A stretch of DNA of 33,017 nt from an uncultured Pseudomonadota bacterium (GCA_964432975.1 CAYSPS010000004.1:8683-41699), one strand, 5' to 3'. Shown: positions 16,872-26,158, numbered from the stretch's first letter. Notes: generated from the letters alone by a model not told the origin. Made by a program: numbers and translations.

Positions 16872-19375
16872 TGATTTCCTTCTTGTTCATGGTGTTCAGA
16901 TACCGATTGCATGAGCACATTTTTGCCTGTCTCTTCTTGTTGTGTTTGCACGTGTGGTGTTGGTGGAACTGCAGCCATTTTTTTGGTTCCCCGCTGCATG
17001 AATGCATCAATTTCCACATCAACATCTTGATCTGCTTGTTTAAACAACCAGCGATAAACAGGATCGCGTGGTGTTGCCTCGTGCTGATTATGCCAGGATT
17101 GTGAAACTTGCTTAATGTATGCTGCCTTATTGCGCGTATACACATTCGTCAGCTCTTCCGTTGGCTGAATAATCGTTGGTGACATAAAAATGACAAGAAT
17201 ACTTTCTATATTGCGATGGTATTCGTTCTTAAAAATATTGCCAATAATGGGCAAACTACCCAAAATTGGAATTTGACTTTTCTGTAATGTCTTCTTGCGA
17301 TTAATCAAACCACCAAGTGCAATAACCTCTTTATCTGCAACGTTTGCATTTGTTTGCACTTTACGCGATTTTCTATCAGCATTACTAGCCCCAGCAGTAC
17401 TACTATTGGTACTCGTAAAATCTTCGATCGTTACGTCAATATCAAGATTTACCGTTCCTTCAGTATTGATTTGTGGCGTAATACCAATGCTCCATTCTGC
17501 GTTTACGGTGTTATAACCCTGTGCATCCTTGGTCGTTCCGGTGATTATTTGCGTTTGCGCAAGACGTTCTTCTGCAATACCGACCGTCGCCGTATATTTG
17601 TTAGTTGCAACAACAAATGGGTTAGCGATAACACGCGCATACTCATCGTCTTGCAGCATGCCAAAAATTGCATAGACACTTTCTTTACCCAACGTCATCA
17701 GCAACGTACCAGCTTCAGGAACTGTCGCCAAACTAATTAAATTACCAATCAAATTATTTGATAATGCAGATGGACTATTTGGCGTTTGATTTACAACAGC
17801 CTTTTGCCCCCAAAATCCCGTCATTTGTGCATCAAATGTACGATGTACTCTCGTGTCCCACTGCATGCCCCAACGACGTAAATTATCAACATCAATTTCT
17901 ACAATCATGACTTCGATCGCCACTTGTGGTTGGCGCTGGTCAAGTTGCTTAATCACATTCGATAAATGTTTAAAATCTTCTTGACTTGCATACACGAGCA
18001 GCCGATTGCCTTCTTTTTCTGCTTCAACGTGTACATCACCAAAATATTTAAGCCCACCCAGCACGCCGCCAACATCACCAACTGAGGATGTACCACCGGC
18101 CGACTTTTTGCCGAATTGAACAACCTCATTGAGAATCTCAGCAATTTTTTGTGCCGGTGCATATGACAGTTCGTATACATTAAGTGGTTGATACGCTTGT
18201 TTGAGCGATGCATCAACATGCGTCACAATAAAGTGCTCAAAGCGCTCAACGCCTTCTTTAGGACCAATAATAACAAGCGAATTTGTACGCGGTACTGCCA
18301 CCATGCGCACATCTTTAGGAAAATAATATAAGCTTGCCTCTTTGCGAATTGGCATCCATGGTGATTGCGATGGTTCATCCTGTTTTTGTAAACTATTCAT
18401 CAGCGCAAGAACTTCGTTTGCATCGGCTTCACGCAAATTAATTACCGAAATCACCTGTGCATCAGTTGCTTTATCAAGCTCTTGCACGACCCGCAACAGC
18501 GATGCGATATTGTTTGCAGTATCAGTAAGCAGTATTGCACGCAAGTTTGTGTATTTTTCAAACAACGTTTTTGATGTCGAAATTTGCTTAATTACCGGCT
18601 CAACTTCAGCCGGCGTACTATTTGCCAAAAAATATACATACCGAATACGTTGATCTGTTTTTGGCAGCACCTCAAGCGGCGTATTAATATACGTTGGCAG
18701 TGGCGATTTATTTGCAACATCAATTGCGGTAATGCGATAAAACTGTGGGTCAGATGTTGGTACTAGTGACCAACCTGCCAGTTCTAAAAATTTTGTAAAC
18801 AGCGACCAGGCTTGTTGACGTGAAAACGAACGATGTGTTTTAAACGAAATTTTAGATTCGGCAAGTGCTTTAATTTGTTTATCAGGAACTTTAACCACAT
18901 CATCGGGCAAAAAAGAAATATTAAAGATCGCACTCACCTGATCAACAATACTTTGTAAACTTACATTATTAAAATTAAGCTCAACTGGCTGCTCAATTGA
19001 TTTTTTAATATGCGCTTTTTCAAGCGGTGTTAACTCGATCTCTTCTTGTTTTTCTTGCCTTTCTTGCGTAATTGCATCAGCAACTTGCTGCGCCTGTAGC
19101 TTTTCCCCAGTATCCTCATCAACTACAGGAAGCTCCTGTAGTGGTTGCTCAACAGCAACCGATTCAGTTTTTTTCGCCTGTTCTGCTTGCGCAGCTTCAC
19201 GCGCACCCCGTTCTTGCGCGACTTTTTCATCTGGTGGCAGCGGCATAGCTTCAAGCGTTGGGGAAATCAATTGCGCCGTTTCTGACGAGGCGATTAAAGG
19301 AGATTTTTCATCACTCAAAACTGCATGCACGCAAGCACAGATGAGCAACATTTGGCACAATCGTCCCTTGATCAT
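16868..19375 (-). CDS. gspD: Secretin, first copy (type II secretion GspD-like)
   Basis: 835 aa with a signal peptide (MLLICACVHAVLS). N0 region (VELNFNNVSLQSIVDQVS...RQQAWSLFTKFLELAGWSLV) and secretin core (EVIALGGLINRKKT...IPILGSLPIIGNIFKNEY...LVIFMSPTII). Confidence 0.85.
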   Translation of the reverse strand: MIKGRLCQMLLICACVHAVLSDEKSPLIASSETAQLISPTLEAMPLPPDEKVAQERGAREAAQAEQAKKTESVAVEQPLQELPVVDEDTGEKLQAQQVADAITQERQEKQEEIELTPLEKAHIKKSIEQPVELNFNNVSLQSIVDQVSAIFNISFLPDDVVKVPDKQIKALAESKISFKTHRSFSRQQAWSLFTKFLELAGWSLVPTSDPQFYRITAIDVANKSPLPTYINTPLEVLPKTDQRIRYVYFLANSTPAEVEPVIKQISTSKTLFEKYTNLRAILLTDTANNIASLLRVVQELDKATDAQVISVINLREADANEVLALMNSLQKQDEPSQSPWMPIRKEASLYYFPKDVRMVAVPRTNSLVIIGPKEGVERFEHFIVTHVDASLKQAYQPLNVYELSYAPAQKIAEILNEVVQFGKKSAGGTSSVGDVGGVLGGLKYFGDVHVEAEKEGNRLLVYASQEDFKHLSNVIKQLDQRQPQVAIEVMIVEIDVDNLRRWGMQWDTRVHRTFDAQMTGFWGQKAVVNQTPNSPSALSNNLIGNLISLATVPEAGTLLMTLGKESVYAIFGMLQDDEYARVIANPFVVATNKYTATVGIAEERLAQTQIITGTTKDAQGYNTVNAEWSIGITPQINTEGTVNLDIDVTIEDFTSTNSSTAGASNADRKSRKVQTNANVADKEVIALGGLINRKKTLQKSQIPILGSLPIIGNIFKNEYHRNIESILVIFMSPTIIQPTEELTNVYTRNKAAYIKQVSQSWHNQHEATPRDPVYRWLFKQADQDVDVEIDAFMQRGTKKMAAVPPTPHVQTQQEETGKNVLMQSVSEHHEQEGNQ

Positions 19376-19378
19376 TCT

Positions 19379-20521
19379 TTAATCCTCAGCACTCATTTCT
19401 TGCTCGGATTGCAAGGCCTTTTGGTACTTTACAATATGTTCTTTTTCACGTAATCGCAACTCTTGCTCAGTTGGCGCAAATTCTTCTTTTTGTTTGAGTA
19501 AATCAATCGCATTGTCGCGTTCTTCATCAGCAACTATTTTTTGTGCAGCAGGAGAATCCTTTTGCACTTCTTGCCCAGGCGCAAGCGCCGTAGCACTTGG
19601 TCGCGGACTAATAATGCCCAACTTGTACGTATAGGTTACTGGCCGGTTTTGACGCAGGAAATTTATCGTTACACTTACGCTATCATCAAGCTCGGTTATA
19701 TGCTTGTACACCGCAACACGATCTTTAGTACTGCGCACGGTCAATGCATCAATTTGTGTAATAATATCACCCGGCATAAAGCCCATAGCATTTGCCAGTG
19801 ATTGTTGACCAACTTGCCCAATTTTAACACCAATATTAGCGCCATCTTTATATGCAGTCGCCAATTCAAAAGCTTCGATTGCAGCACTTAATGTACCAAC
19901 GGTTTGTGCAAATTCAGCGCGATCAACTAAATAACGACCAGCCGTTAATCGTTTGACAATACGTGACCAATCAGTACGTTCAGAAAGTGGCACCTCAGCA
20001 AGTGCATCATCTTGACTCAAATATAAAATTTCTTGTTGGCCATTTGATCTAATTAATAATATTTTTTTAGAAAAAATCTTCACGAGTTGAGCGTCTTCAA
20101 CTTCATCACCAATCTTATATGATGTTTCCTGTTTGCTGCGATTGTCCATGATAATTGCACGACTTGTTGCATCATCATTGAGCATGATAATACCGGTTAG
20201 CGTAAGCGGCAGCGGTTCTAAAAATTTCGGTTTTTCAACAGGAGGTGGTGGCACCAGCACAGGAGCCGGTGGCTGTGGAACTGGCACAACCTCACCAACC
20301 TCTGGCTCTTTAATGGGCGCAATGTAAGTACCAAAAAGATCATTTTGGTAAATTTTGCTCACATCAAGTGCTTCTATTTTTTGCTGAATACTTACCGGCA
20401 ATTGCTGTGGTGCAAGCGATTGGGGCGTCGGTAATTTAATGTTATAAAGTGACAAGAACCCGATGACAACAACAAGAAGGCCGAGCAAGCTGAGATTAAC
20501 TACCCAAATCGGCTGTTTCAT
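19379..20521 (-). CDS. gspC: GspC-like protein (TM, Pro-rich linker, HR/PilP-like domain, PDZ domain)
   Basis: TM (VVNLSLLGLLVVVIGFLSLY), a PVPQPPAPVLVPPPP linker, an HR-like region (LTLTGIIMLNDDATSRAIIMD...YKIGDEVEDAQLVKIFSKKILLIRSNGQQEILYL), and PDZ-like GVKIGQVGQQSLANAMGFMPGDIITQIDALTV. ATG 20521 is preferred because GAAGGGGA lies upstream. The track start 20563 lies upstream of the predicted TSS. Confidence 0.7.
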   Translation of the reverse strand: MKQPIWVVNLSLLGLLVVVIGFLSLYNIKLPTPQSLAPQQLPVSIQQKIEALDVSKIYQNDLFGTYIAPIKEPEVGEVVPVPQPPAPVLVPPPPVEKPKFLEPLPLTLTGIIMLNDDATSRAIIMDNRSKQETSYKIGDEVEDAQLVKIFSKKILLIRSNGQQEILYLSQDDALAEVPLSERTDWSRIVKRLTAGRYLVDRAEFAQTVGTLSAAIEAFELATAYKDGANIGVKIGQVGQQSLANAMGFMPGDIITQIDALTVRSTKDRVAVYKHITELDDSVSVTINFLRQNRPVTYTYKLGIISPRPSATALAPGQEVQKDSPAAQKIVADEERDNAIDLLKQKEEFAPTEQELRLREKEHIVKYQKALQSEQEMSAED

Positions 20522-20552
20522 GTAAACAGTCCCCTTCTTCAGTTTATTGTCC

Positions 20553-20582
20553 ACAATACGCATGTTCTGGAATTTTTGTCAA
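20553..20582 (-). promoter_or_regulatory. Candidate promoter TTGACA-18-TATTGT for the secretin operon
   Basis: On the reverse strand the -35 is TTGACA (20577-20582) and the -10 is TATTGT (20553-20558), in the gap between the moxR stop and the gspC-like start. Confidence 0.35.
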
Positions 20583-20619
20583 GTAGCATTGTTTCGACAT
20601 AATCGCTCGTTTCGTGCAT

Positions 20620-21603
20620 CTACGGCACGCTCACACCATTTAAAATCTCGCGCACTATTTGGTCAGCAGTTAATTCTTGTCCATGCGCTTGAAAACTCAA
20701 AATTAATCGATGCCGCAATATTGGCACTGCAACGCGCTTGACATCGTCAGGCGTTACAAATTGGCGCGCATGCAGCAGTGCATACGCTTGCGAAGCACGA
20801 TAAAGATTAAGTGTCGCACGCGGTGATGCGCCATGCTGAATATAGGGCGCCAGTTTATCAAGCCCAAACTGTGTTGGCGTACGCGTTGCAAAAACAATGC
20901 GTAAAATATAATCAATAACTTTTTGATCTACATATATTTGTTCAATCACACGCTGCGCAGCGAAAATATCGTCACATGTGACGACCGGACGCACAACCTG
21001 TTGCTTAAACACCCGCTGGACCACAAGTTGCTCTTCATCTATTGATGGATAATCAATGTGCAACTTAAACATAAACCGATCAATCTGCGCCTCAGGTAAT
21101 TGGTACGTACCTTGTTGTTCAAGTGGATTTTGTGTTGCGAACACCAAAAATGGCTCATCGAGCTTATGCGTTTGAGAACCAATGGTAACTTGATGTTCTT
21201 GCATACATTCAAGAAGTGCCGACTGCACTTTTGCTGGCGCACGATTAATTTCATCAGCAAGCACAACATGGGCAAAGATCGGCCCTTTTTTTGTTTCAAA
21301 ATCATTTGTTTGCTGATTAAAGACTAATGTACCAATAAGATCAGCAGGTAAAAGATCTGGTGTAAATTGTACACGCTTAAACGACAAACCAAGTGCATGC
21401 GCCGTCGTCTTGACCATGGTTGTTTTTGCAATCCCCGGCACGCCCTCTAAAAGCACATGCCCGTTACACAAAATTGCCGTCACCATAAGTTCAATGGCAT
21501 CGTGATTGCCAACTACAACGCGCGAAATTTCTTGCTTTAATTGATCAAAAGGAACAACAACCTGTTGCCAGGAACGATGCATTTCCGTTGTCGGCTCGAT
21601 CAT
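20620..21603 (-). CDS. MoxR-family AAA+ ATPase
   Basis: Walker A LLEGVPGIAKT, Walker B VVLADEINRAPAK, and LEAMQE-like LLECMQEHQVTIG. ATG 21603 is preferred because GAGG lies 6 nt upstream. The track start is TTG 21615. Confidence 0.9.
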   Translation of the reverse strand: MIEPTTEMHRSWQQVVVPFDQLKQEISRVVVGNHDAIELMVTAILCNGHVLLEGVPGIAKTTMVKTTAHALGLSFKRVQFTPDLLPADLIGTLVFNQQTNDFETKKGPIFAHVVLADEINRAPAKVQSALLECMQEHQVTIGSQTHKLDEPFLVFATQNPLEQQGTYQLPEAQIDRFMFKLHIDYPSIDEEQLVVQRVFKQQVVRPVVTCDDIFAAQRVIEQIYVDQKVIDYILRIVFATRTPTQFGLDKLAPYIQHGASPRATLNLYRASQAYALLHARQFVTPDDVKRVAVPILRHRLILSFQAHGQELTADQIVREILNGVSVP

Positions 21604-21666
21604 AGCGGACCTCAATCATTCAAAAATTATCTTTAACTAAATTTTTTAATTTCTATAAACCGCCCT

Positions 21667-21695
21667 ATTTTAACAAGCTTTAAAAAAGCTGACAA
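21667..21695 (-). promoter_or_regulatory. Candidate promoter TTGTCA-17-TAAAAT for moxR
   Basis: On the reverse strand the -35 is at 21690-21695 and the -10 at 21667-21672, in an AT-rich divergent intergenic region. Confidence 0.4.
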
Positions 21696-21748
21696 ATTAA
21701 GAGATTTTTAATACTTAAATTTTTACATGATTTTAATATTATATTAAA

Positions 21749-21777
21749 TTGACAAATTTGCCTTTTTTACGTATATT
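21749..21777 (+). promoter_or_regulatory. Candidate promoter TTGACA-17-TATATT
   Basis: Consensus -35 at 21749-21754 and -10 at 21772-21777, 38 nt upstream of ATG 21815. The track's TTG start at 21749 is the -35 hexamer itself. Confidence 0.45.
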
Positions 21778-21814
21778 TTATCTGAATAACTTGCTATCGT
21801 ATGTGGAGGTTTTT

Positions 21815-22465
21815 ATGTCTAAAAAAGCAGGTATATTTTTACTATTGATGTTCTTTTGTGCATGCACGGTACGTGCAACACTAAAATCAGAGCTCCTTGA
21901 AGCCGGAAAAATTGTCGGGCTTGCAACCGCTGGGGCAGTTGCATATGGCATTGCACATGAGCAGGTTACTGTGCGCGTATGTCCGGAATATTTCACGCAA
22001 GGCTTTCACCGTGAAATGGTACGTGGAACTGCACTCGAATGTGCGTGCAGCGACGCGTGCCATCCAACACTTCTTGCGTGTGTGTGGGGAACAATTGCCT
22101 CATGGTGGATGGGACCACTCCTTGGTATTCCATTGGCACTTGTCAGCCGCTTGGGCAACCAACACCAAATATCTGCGCAACAACTTGCACTCCCCGCGCT
22201 TGGTGTATTGGCATGCACGGGCCTTTGCTCTCTTCTTGCCGGTTTAGGCGGTTACCGAAAAGCAAAGAAAGATATGCGACCTTATTATCAAAAGCTCAGC
22301 AATTGTGGTGCTGAACATCTTTCACCAGAAAAACATGCAGCCTACATCGCAGATGCTTATGCACATGAAGCTGCCTATGGTGCTGGTGAAAAACTTGGCG
22401 CCGGTCTCGTCGTTGGCACGACACTCTATCGTCTGTATCAGATTGGTAAAAGTTTTTGGAGATAA
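21815..22465 (+). CDS. Cys-rich polytopic membrane protein, unknown family
   Basis: Trimmed to ATG 21815, with GGAGG 7 nt upstream. Begins MSKKAGIFLLLMFFCAC. Several hydrophobic helices and the motif VRVCPEYFTQGFH. Confidence 0.6.
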   Translation: MSKKAGIFLLLMFFCACTVRATLKSELLEAGKIVGLATAGAVAYGIAHEQVTVRVCPEYFTQGFHREMVRGTALECACSDACHPTLLACVWGTIASWWMGPLLGIPLALVSRLGNQHQISAQQLALPALGVLACTGLCSLLAGLGGYRKAKKDMRPYYQKLSNCGAEHLSPEKHAAYIADAYAHEAAYGAGEKLGAGLVVGTTLYRLYQIGKSFWR

Positions 22466-22499
22466 AAACAGAGAATGCAGGTGCTTGCTTGCATTCTCT
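22463..22499 (-). terminator. Rho-independent terminator for the small secreted-protein gene (hairpin shared by a convergent pair)
   Basis: 10-bp stem AGAGAATGCA (22470-22479) pairing with TGCATTCTCT (22490-22499). On the reverse strand the hairpin is followed by GTTTTTA. Confidence 0.5.
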
Positions 22500-22519
22500 A
22501 AGATTTAATAATAAGGCCA

Positions 22520-22888
22520 TTATTCCCGGCAAAAACATGGCATCTCAGGACGTATACCAGGGGTTGCCAATTCGCCCTCTGTCATTGCCCTGAACATATG
22601 GGCATAAGCCCAAATATTATCAGCTCTAATGCGACGTGTTTCAGGAAAATTCCTATGCAAATTACTGTAAGTTAAGCTTGGATTAGGATATTGGCCAACA
22701 TAAAGGCCCCAAACAATCGTCCTAACATCATTTAGACGACCAAGATCATTGCCATAACAACGTTCTTGAGAACCCCCAACAACATACTCCCCGTGCTGAT
22801 TTCCCCAAGTACATCCTAAATCATTGCGCCTCAAAGCATACAGGCTACCGCTCAGCAATAATAACGAACATAATGACATATATTTCAT
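22520..22888 (-). CDS. Small secreted Cys-containing protein, unknown family
   Basis: Trimmed to ATG 22888, with AAGGAG 6 nt upstream. Signal peptide MKYMSLCSLLLLSGSLYA. About 122 aa. Confidence 0.55.
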   Translation of the reverse strand: MKYMSLCSLLLLSGSLYALRRNDLGCTWGNQHGEYVVGGSQERCYGNDLGRLNDVRTIVWGLYVGQYPNPSLTYSNLHRNFPETRRIRADNIWAYAHMFRAMTEGELATPGIRPEMPCFCRE

Positions 22889-23160
22889 ACCGCTCCTTTT
22901 CATAAGCGACCAACTCTAACAATTCGATTTAATTTTAACAAAGTTCTCGCTTTAAAATCAATATCTTTCATCGAACATTCAGCATCACGCCATTTTTTAA
23001 TGATTATTAAAATAGTAAACTGTTGCACGTTGCTCAGCTTGTGTTTTTTATTAACCGACATGGAACCACAGCAAGACAAAAAGCGACCACTTGCACATAA
23101 TGACAAGAGAGATAAGCTAAGACTGTTCTCATTAAAACACGATAAACAAGAATTGTTATT

Positions 23161-25059
23161 ATGAAAAATTTTTCATGCACATTGTATTTAATTATGTCAT
23201 TTTTTTGCACAACATGTGCTAACGTGCCACTTATTCCACGCGAAGTACTTTTTGGTGAACCGACCAAGATATTTTCAACATTATCACCTGATGGTACAAA
23301 GCTTGCATACTTAGCGCCACACAATGGCGTACTCAATATTTGGATAAAATCAATTAATAAAGATAACGATGCTGTTATTACCGACCGTACTGGGCGCGGT
23401 ATTCACGATTACCATTGGACATATGACAATCAATCGATTATTTATTCTTACGATGTAACCCATGGCGCTGAAGAGCATCACTTGTTTAAAGTTGATATTG
23501 CAACCAAAGCTGTTGTCGATCTGACGCCCGGCTCAAAATTTATGGCTGGTATGCTTGCATATTACCCATCTTATCCCGATCAAATGCTTATTATGAGCAA
23601 CAAGCGCGATGCGCGCTATTTTGACGTTTACAAACTTAATCTTAATACGTATGAACTCACGCTCGTTGAACAAAATCCTGGAGATATTTCTTCATATATT
23701 GCCGCTGTTACTGATGATGGTCTGCATGTTCGCGGTGCTATCAAACAAAAGCCTGATGCGTCACGCGAATTTTATGTGCGTGCCAACGAACAAGAACCAT
23801 GGCGTCTGCTCATCACATGGAAATTAGACGACGAATACTCTGGTCCGCTTGGTTTTCATAAAGATGGCCACACGCTGTATCTGGCAGATTCTCGTGGTGC
23901 AAATACAACGCAATTGATAAAACTTGATCTTGAAACAAACACCAAAACGGTATTGGCACATGATGAGCAATACGACATTCATGGCATTACGACAAACATC
24001 CAAACTCATGAACCAATGTATACATCATTCATGAAAGATCGCCACGAAGTTATCGCGCTTGATCCAAGATATCAAGCAGATTTAGATGCAATACGCAAAC
24101 TTGATGATGGCGATTTTTATATTCATAGCTGGACGCTTGATTATGCGCATTGCATTGTGGATTTTATCAAAGACAATGCGTCACCACGCTGCTATCTGTA
24201 TGACCGCGCGACAAAAACCGGCACATTATTGTTTGACACCAAACCAGAGCTCCAAAATTATCGTTTAGCAAAAATGGAACCCGTAAGCTTTCCATCGCGT
24301 GATGGGCTCACGCTTCATGGCTATCTCACGTGTCCCGTTGATCAACCACGCACTAACTTACCGCTCGTACTGTTGGTACACGGCGGTCCGTGGGGACGCG
24401 ATAAATGGGGATTTAATCAAATCGCCCAACTATTTGCTAATCGCGGCTATGCATGTCTGCAGATTAATTATCGCGGTTCAACCGGCTATGGCAAAAACTT
24501 TTTAAACGCAGCCAATAAAGAGTTTGGTCGTAAAACGCACAATGATCTTATTGATGCGGTCAATTGGGCAATCAACACCGGCATTGCCGACAAAAAACGC
24601 ATCGCCATTGCAGGGGGCTCATACGGCGGCTATGCCGCATTATGTGGGGCTGCATTCACGCCTGATGTTTTTTGTTGTGCAATTGATCTTTTTGGTTTTT
24701 GTAATCTCGTTACATTATTCAAAAATTTACCGCCTCATTGGGAAACAGGCAAAGCTCGCTGGCACAATTGTGTTGGAAATCCAGAAACCGAAGAAGCTCT
24801 GCTCAAAGAACGCTCACCATTGTTCAGCGCGCACAATATCAAAATTCCACTGTTAGTTATTCAAGGCACCAAAGATATTCGTTGCACACCACAAGAATCA
24901 CAACAACTTGTCGCCGCAGCTGCACGCAACAATATTTCATGCGAATATCACGAGGTCGATGAAGGACATGGCTGTTCAAACCCTGCCAATCGCATTAAGT
25001 ATATCGCAGAATACCCCGAAAAATTTTTGGCGCGCCATTTAGGCGGTCGTTGTCAGTAA
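23161..25059 (+). CDS. S9-family serine peptidase (prolyl oligopeptidase / acylaminoacyl-peptidase type) with N-terminal beta-propeller
   Basis: Nucleophile elbow IAIAGGSYGGYAA. HGGPWGRD, then a C-terminal DEGHG supplying the His. Signal-like N-terminus. 632 aa. Confidence 0.85.
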   Translation: MKNFSCTLYLIMSFFCTTCANVPLIPREVLFGEPTKIFSTLSPDGTKLAYLAPHNGVLNIWIKSINKDNDAVITDRTGRGIHDYHWTYDNQSIIYSYDVTHGAEEHHLFKVDIATKAVVDLTPGSKFMAGMLAYYPSYPDQMLIMSNKRDARYFDVYKLNLNTYELTLVEQNPGDISSYIAAVTDDGLHVRGAIKQKPDASREFYVRANEQEPWRLLITWKLDDEYSGPLGFHKDGHTLYLADSRGANTTQLIKLDLETNTKTVLAHDEQYDIHGITTNIQTHEPMYTSFMKDRHEVIALDPRYQADLDAIRKLDDGDFYIHSWTLDYAHCIVDFIKDNASPRCYLYDRATKTGTLLFDTKPELQNYRLAKMEPVSFPSRDGLTLHGYLTCPVDQPRTNLPLVLLVHGGPWGRDKWGFNQIAQLFANRGYACLQINYRGSTGYGKNFLNAANKEFGRKTHNDLIDAVNWAINTGIADKKRIAIAGGSYGGYAALCGAAFTPDVFCCAIDLFGFCNLVTLFKNLPPHWETGKARWHNCVGNPETEEALLKERSPLFSAHNIKIPLLVIQGTKDIRCTPQESQQLVAAAARNNISCEYHEVDEGHGCSNPANRIKYIAEYPEKFLARHLGGRCQ

Positions 25060-25143
25060 TTTTAGAATACATACGTTTTGCACAACCGCTGCACCTATGT
25101 TAAACTGGTGCCAGTTAATGGTTTTTATCTAAAAGGATGTCTA

Positions 25144-26139
25144 ATGAAAACGTACGCACGTACGCTGCATGTAGCAGCATTTTCGTTGCTCTTGCTTCTT
25201 TCTGGCTGCGCTTGCTTGAAAAAAGACGGCGAATCAACATCGCCAATCGGAGCAAGTGCTACTGAAGAAGTTCTTGTCAGCATGAATGGCAAACCGGTTT
25301 TAACACTCAAAGAGTTCCAACAATTTATCAACGATGCAATTAGCGCTGATCAGCAAATGCAGATGATGGCGCAATTTATGCCTGATTTTGAAGAGCAAGT
25401 CTTTGACCGTGCCAAGGTTCGCGAACTTGTCATAAATGAATGGGCAAAGCGTACCAATGCAGCCGCAAAAGAAGAATACAGAAAACAACGCGAACAAGCG
25501 GAAAAAGCATTAACCATGATGCTCAACCAACAGGCATTCCTGCGCGATCATGCAGTACAAGTCAGCGACAGTGAAGCACAAAAATACTACGATGAAAATA
25601 AAGATAAGGATCAAAGCTTGCTGCAATCACCAGAAGGTATTGCTGCCAAAGGTTTGAGCTTCAGCAGCTTGCAAGATGCTCAATCGTTCTTGAGCAAAGT
25701 TCAAGAACTCAACAATGACATTGAAAAAGCTGCAAAAGAAGTTAAAAAAGATGTTGAAGATCTTGGCGTCGTCAACAAAAATAGCTTTGTAGAAAAATCA
25801 GTTAAAGCTAAAATTCTTGAAGCAAAGAAATTCCCTGCTGTTCTGCCAGTTATCAAAGCGAACGACAAAGAATTCTGGATAGTCAAAGTCCAAAGTCGCG
25901 AAACAGCAAAATACCGTCCATTCGAGCAAGCCAAAGAAGGTATTAAAGAAACACTCAAAGCACGCAAAACTGAAGAAACGGTAGAAAAGCAACTTGCTCA
26001 ATATCAAAAAGACTACAACATTGTTGTCAACAAAACATATTTTGAACGCAAGAAAAAAGAACGCGAAGAACAACAAGCAAAAGCCGAACAAGCACAACAA
26101 GCAAAGAAAAACACACAACCTGTTAAAAAAGCGGCTTAA
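25144..26139 (+). CDS. SurA/PrsA-like periplasmic chaperone lipoprotein (degenerate parvulin domain)
   Basis: Trimmed to ATG 25144. Lipobox LLLLSGC. SurA-N-like region (VLVSMNGKPVLTLKEFQQFI) and a parvulin-like segment (VSDSEAQKYYDENK...EFWIVKVQS). Lys/Glu/Gln-rich tail. Confidence 0.6.
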   Translation: MKTYARTLHVAAFSLLLLLSGCACLKKDGESTSPIGASATEEVLVSMNGKPVLTLKEFQQFINDAISADQQMQMMAQFMPDFEEQVFDRAKVRELVINEWAKRTNAAAKEEYRKQREQAEKALTMMLNQQAFLRDHAVQVSDSEAQKYYDENKDKDQSLLQSPEGIAAKGLSFSSLQDAQSFLSKVQELNNDIEKAAKEVKKDVEDLGVVNKNSFVEKSVKAKILEAKKFPAVLPVIKANDKEFWIVKVQSRETAKYRPFEQAKEGIKETLKARKTEETVEKQLAQYQKDYNIVVNKTYFERKKKEREEQQAKAEQAQQAKKNTQPVKKAA

Positions 26140-26158
26140 TAACTTTTAAAAAAATAAA

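Noticed and set aside
25084-25125. Promoter TTGCAC-17-TAAACT and a small AACTG/CAGTT hairpin after the S9 peptidase gene
   Set aside because: The -10 is weak and the hairpin stem is only 5 bp. That is not strong enough to report as a promoter or a terminator.
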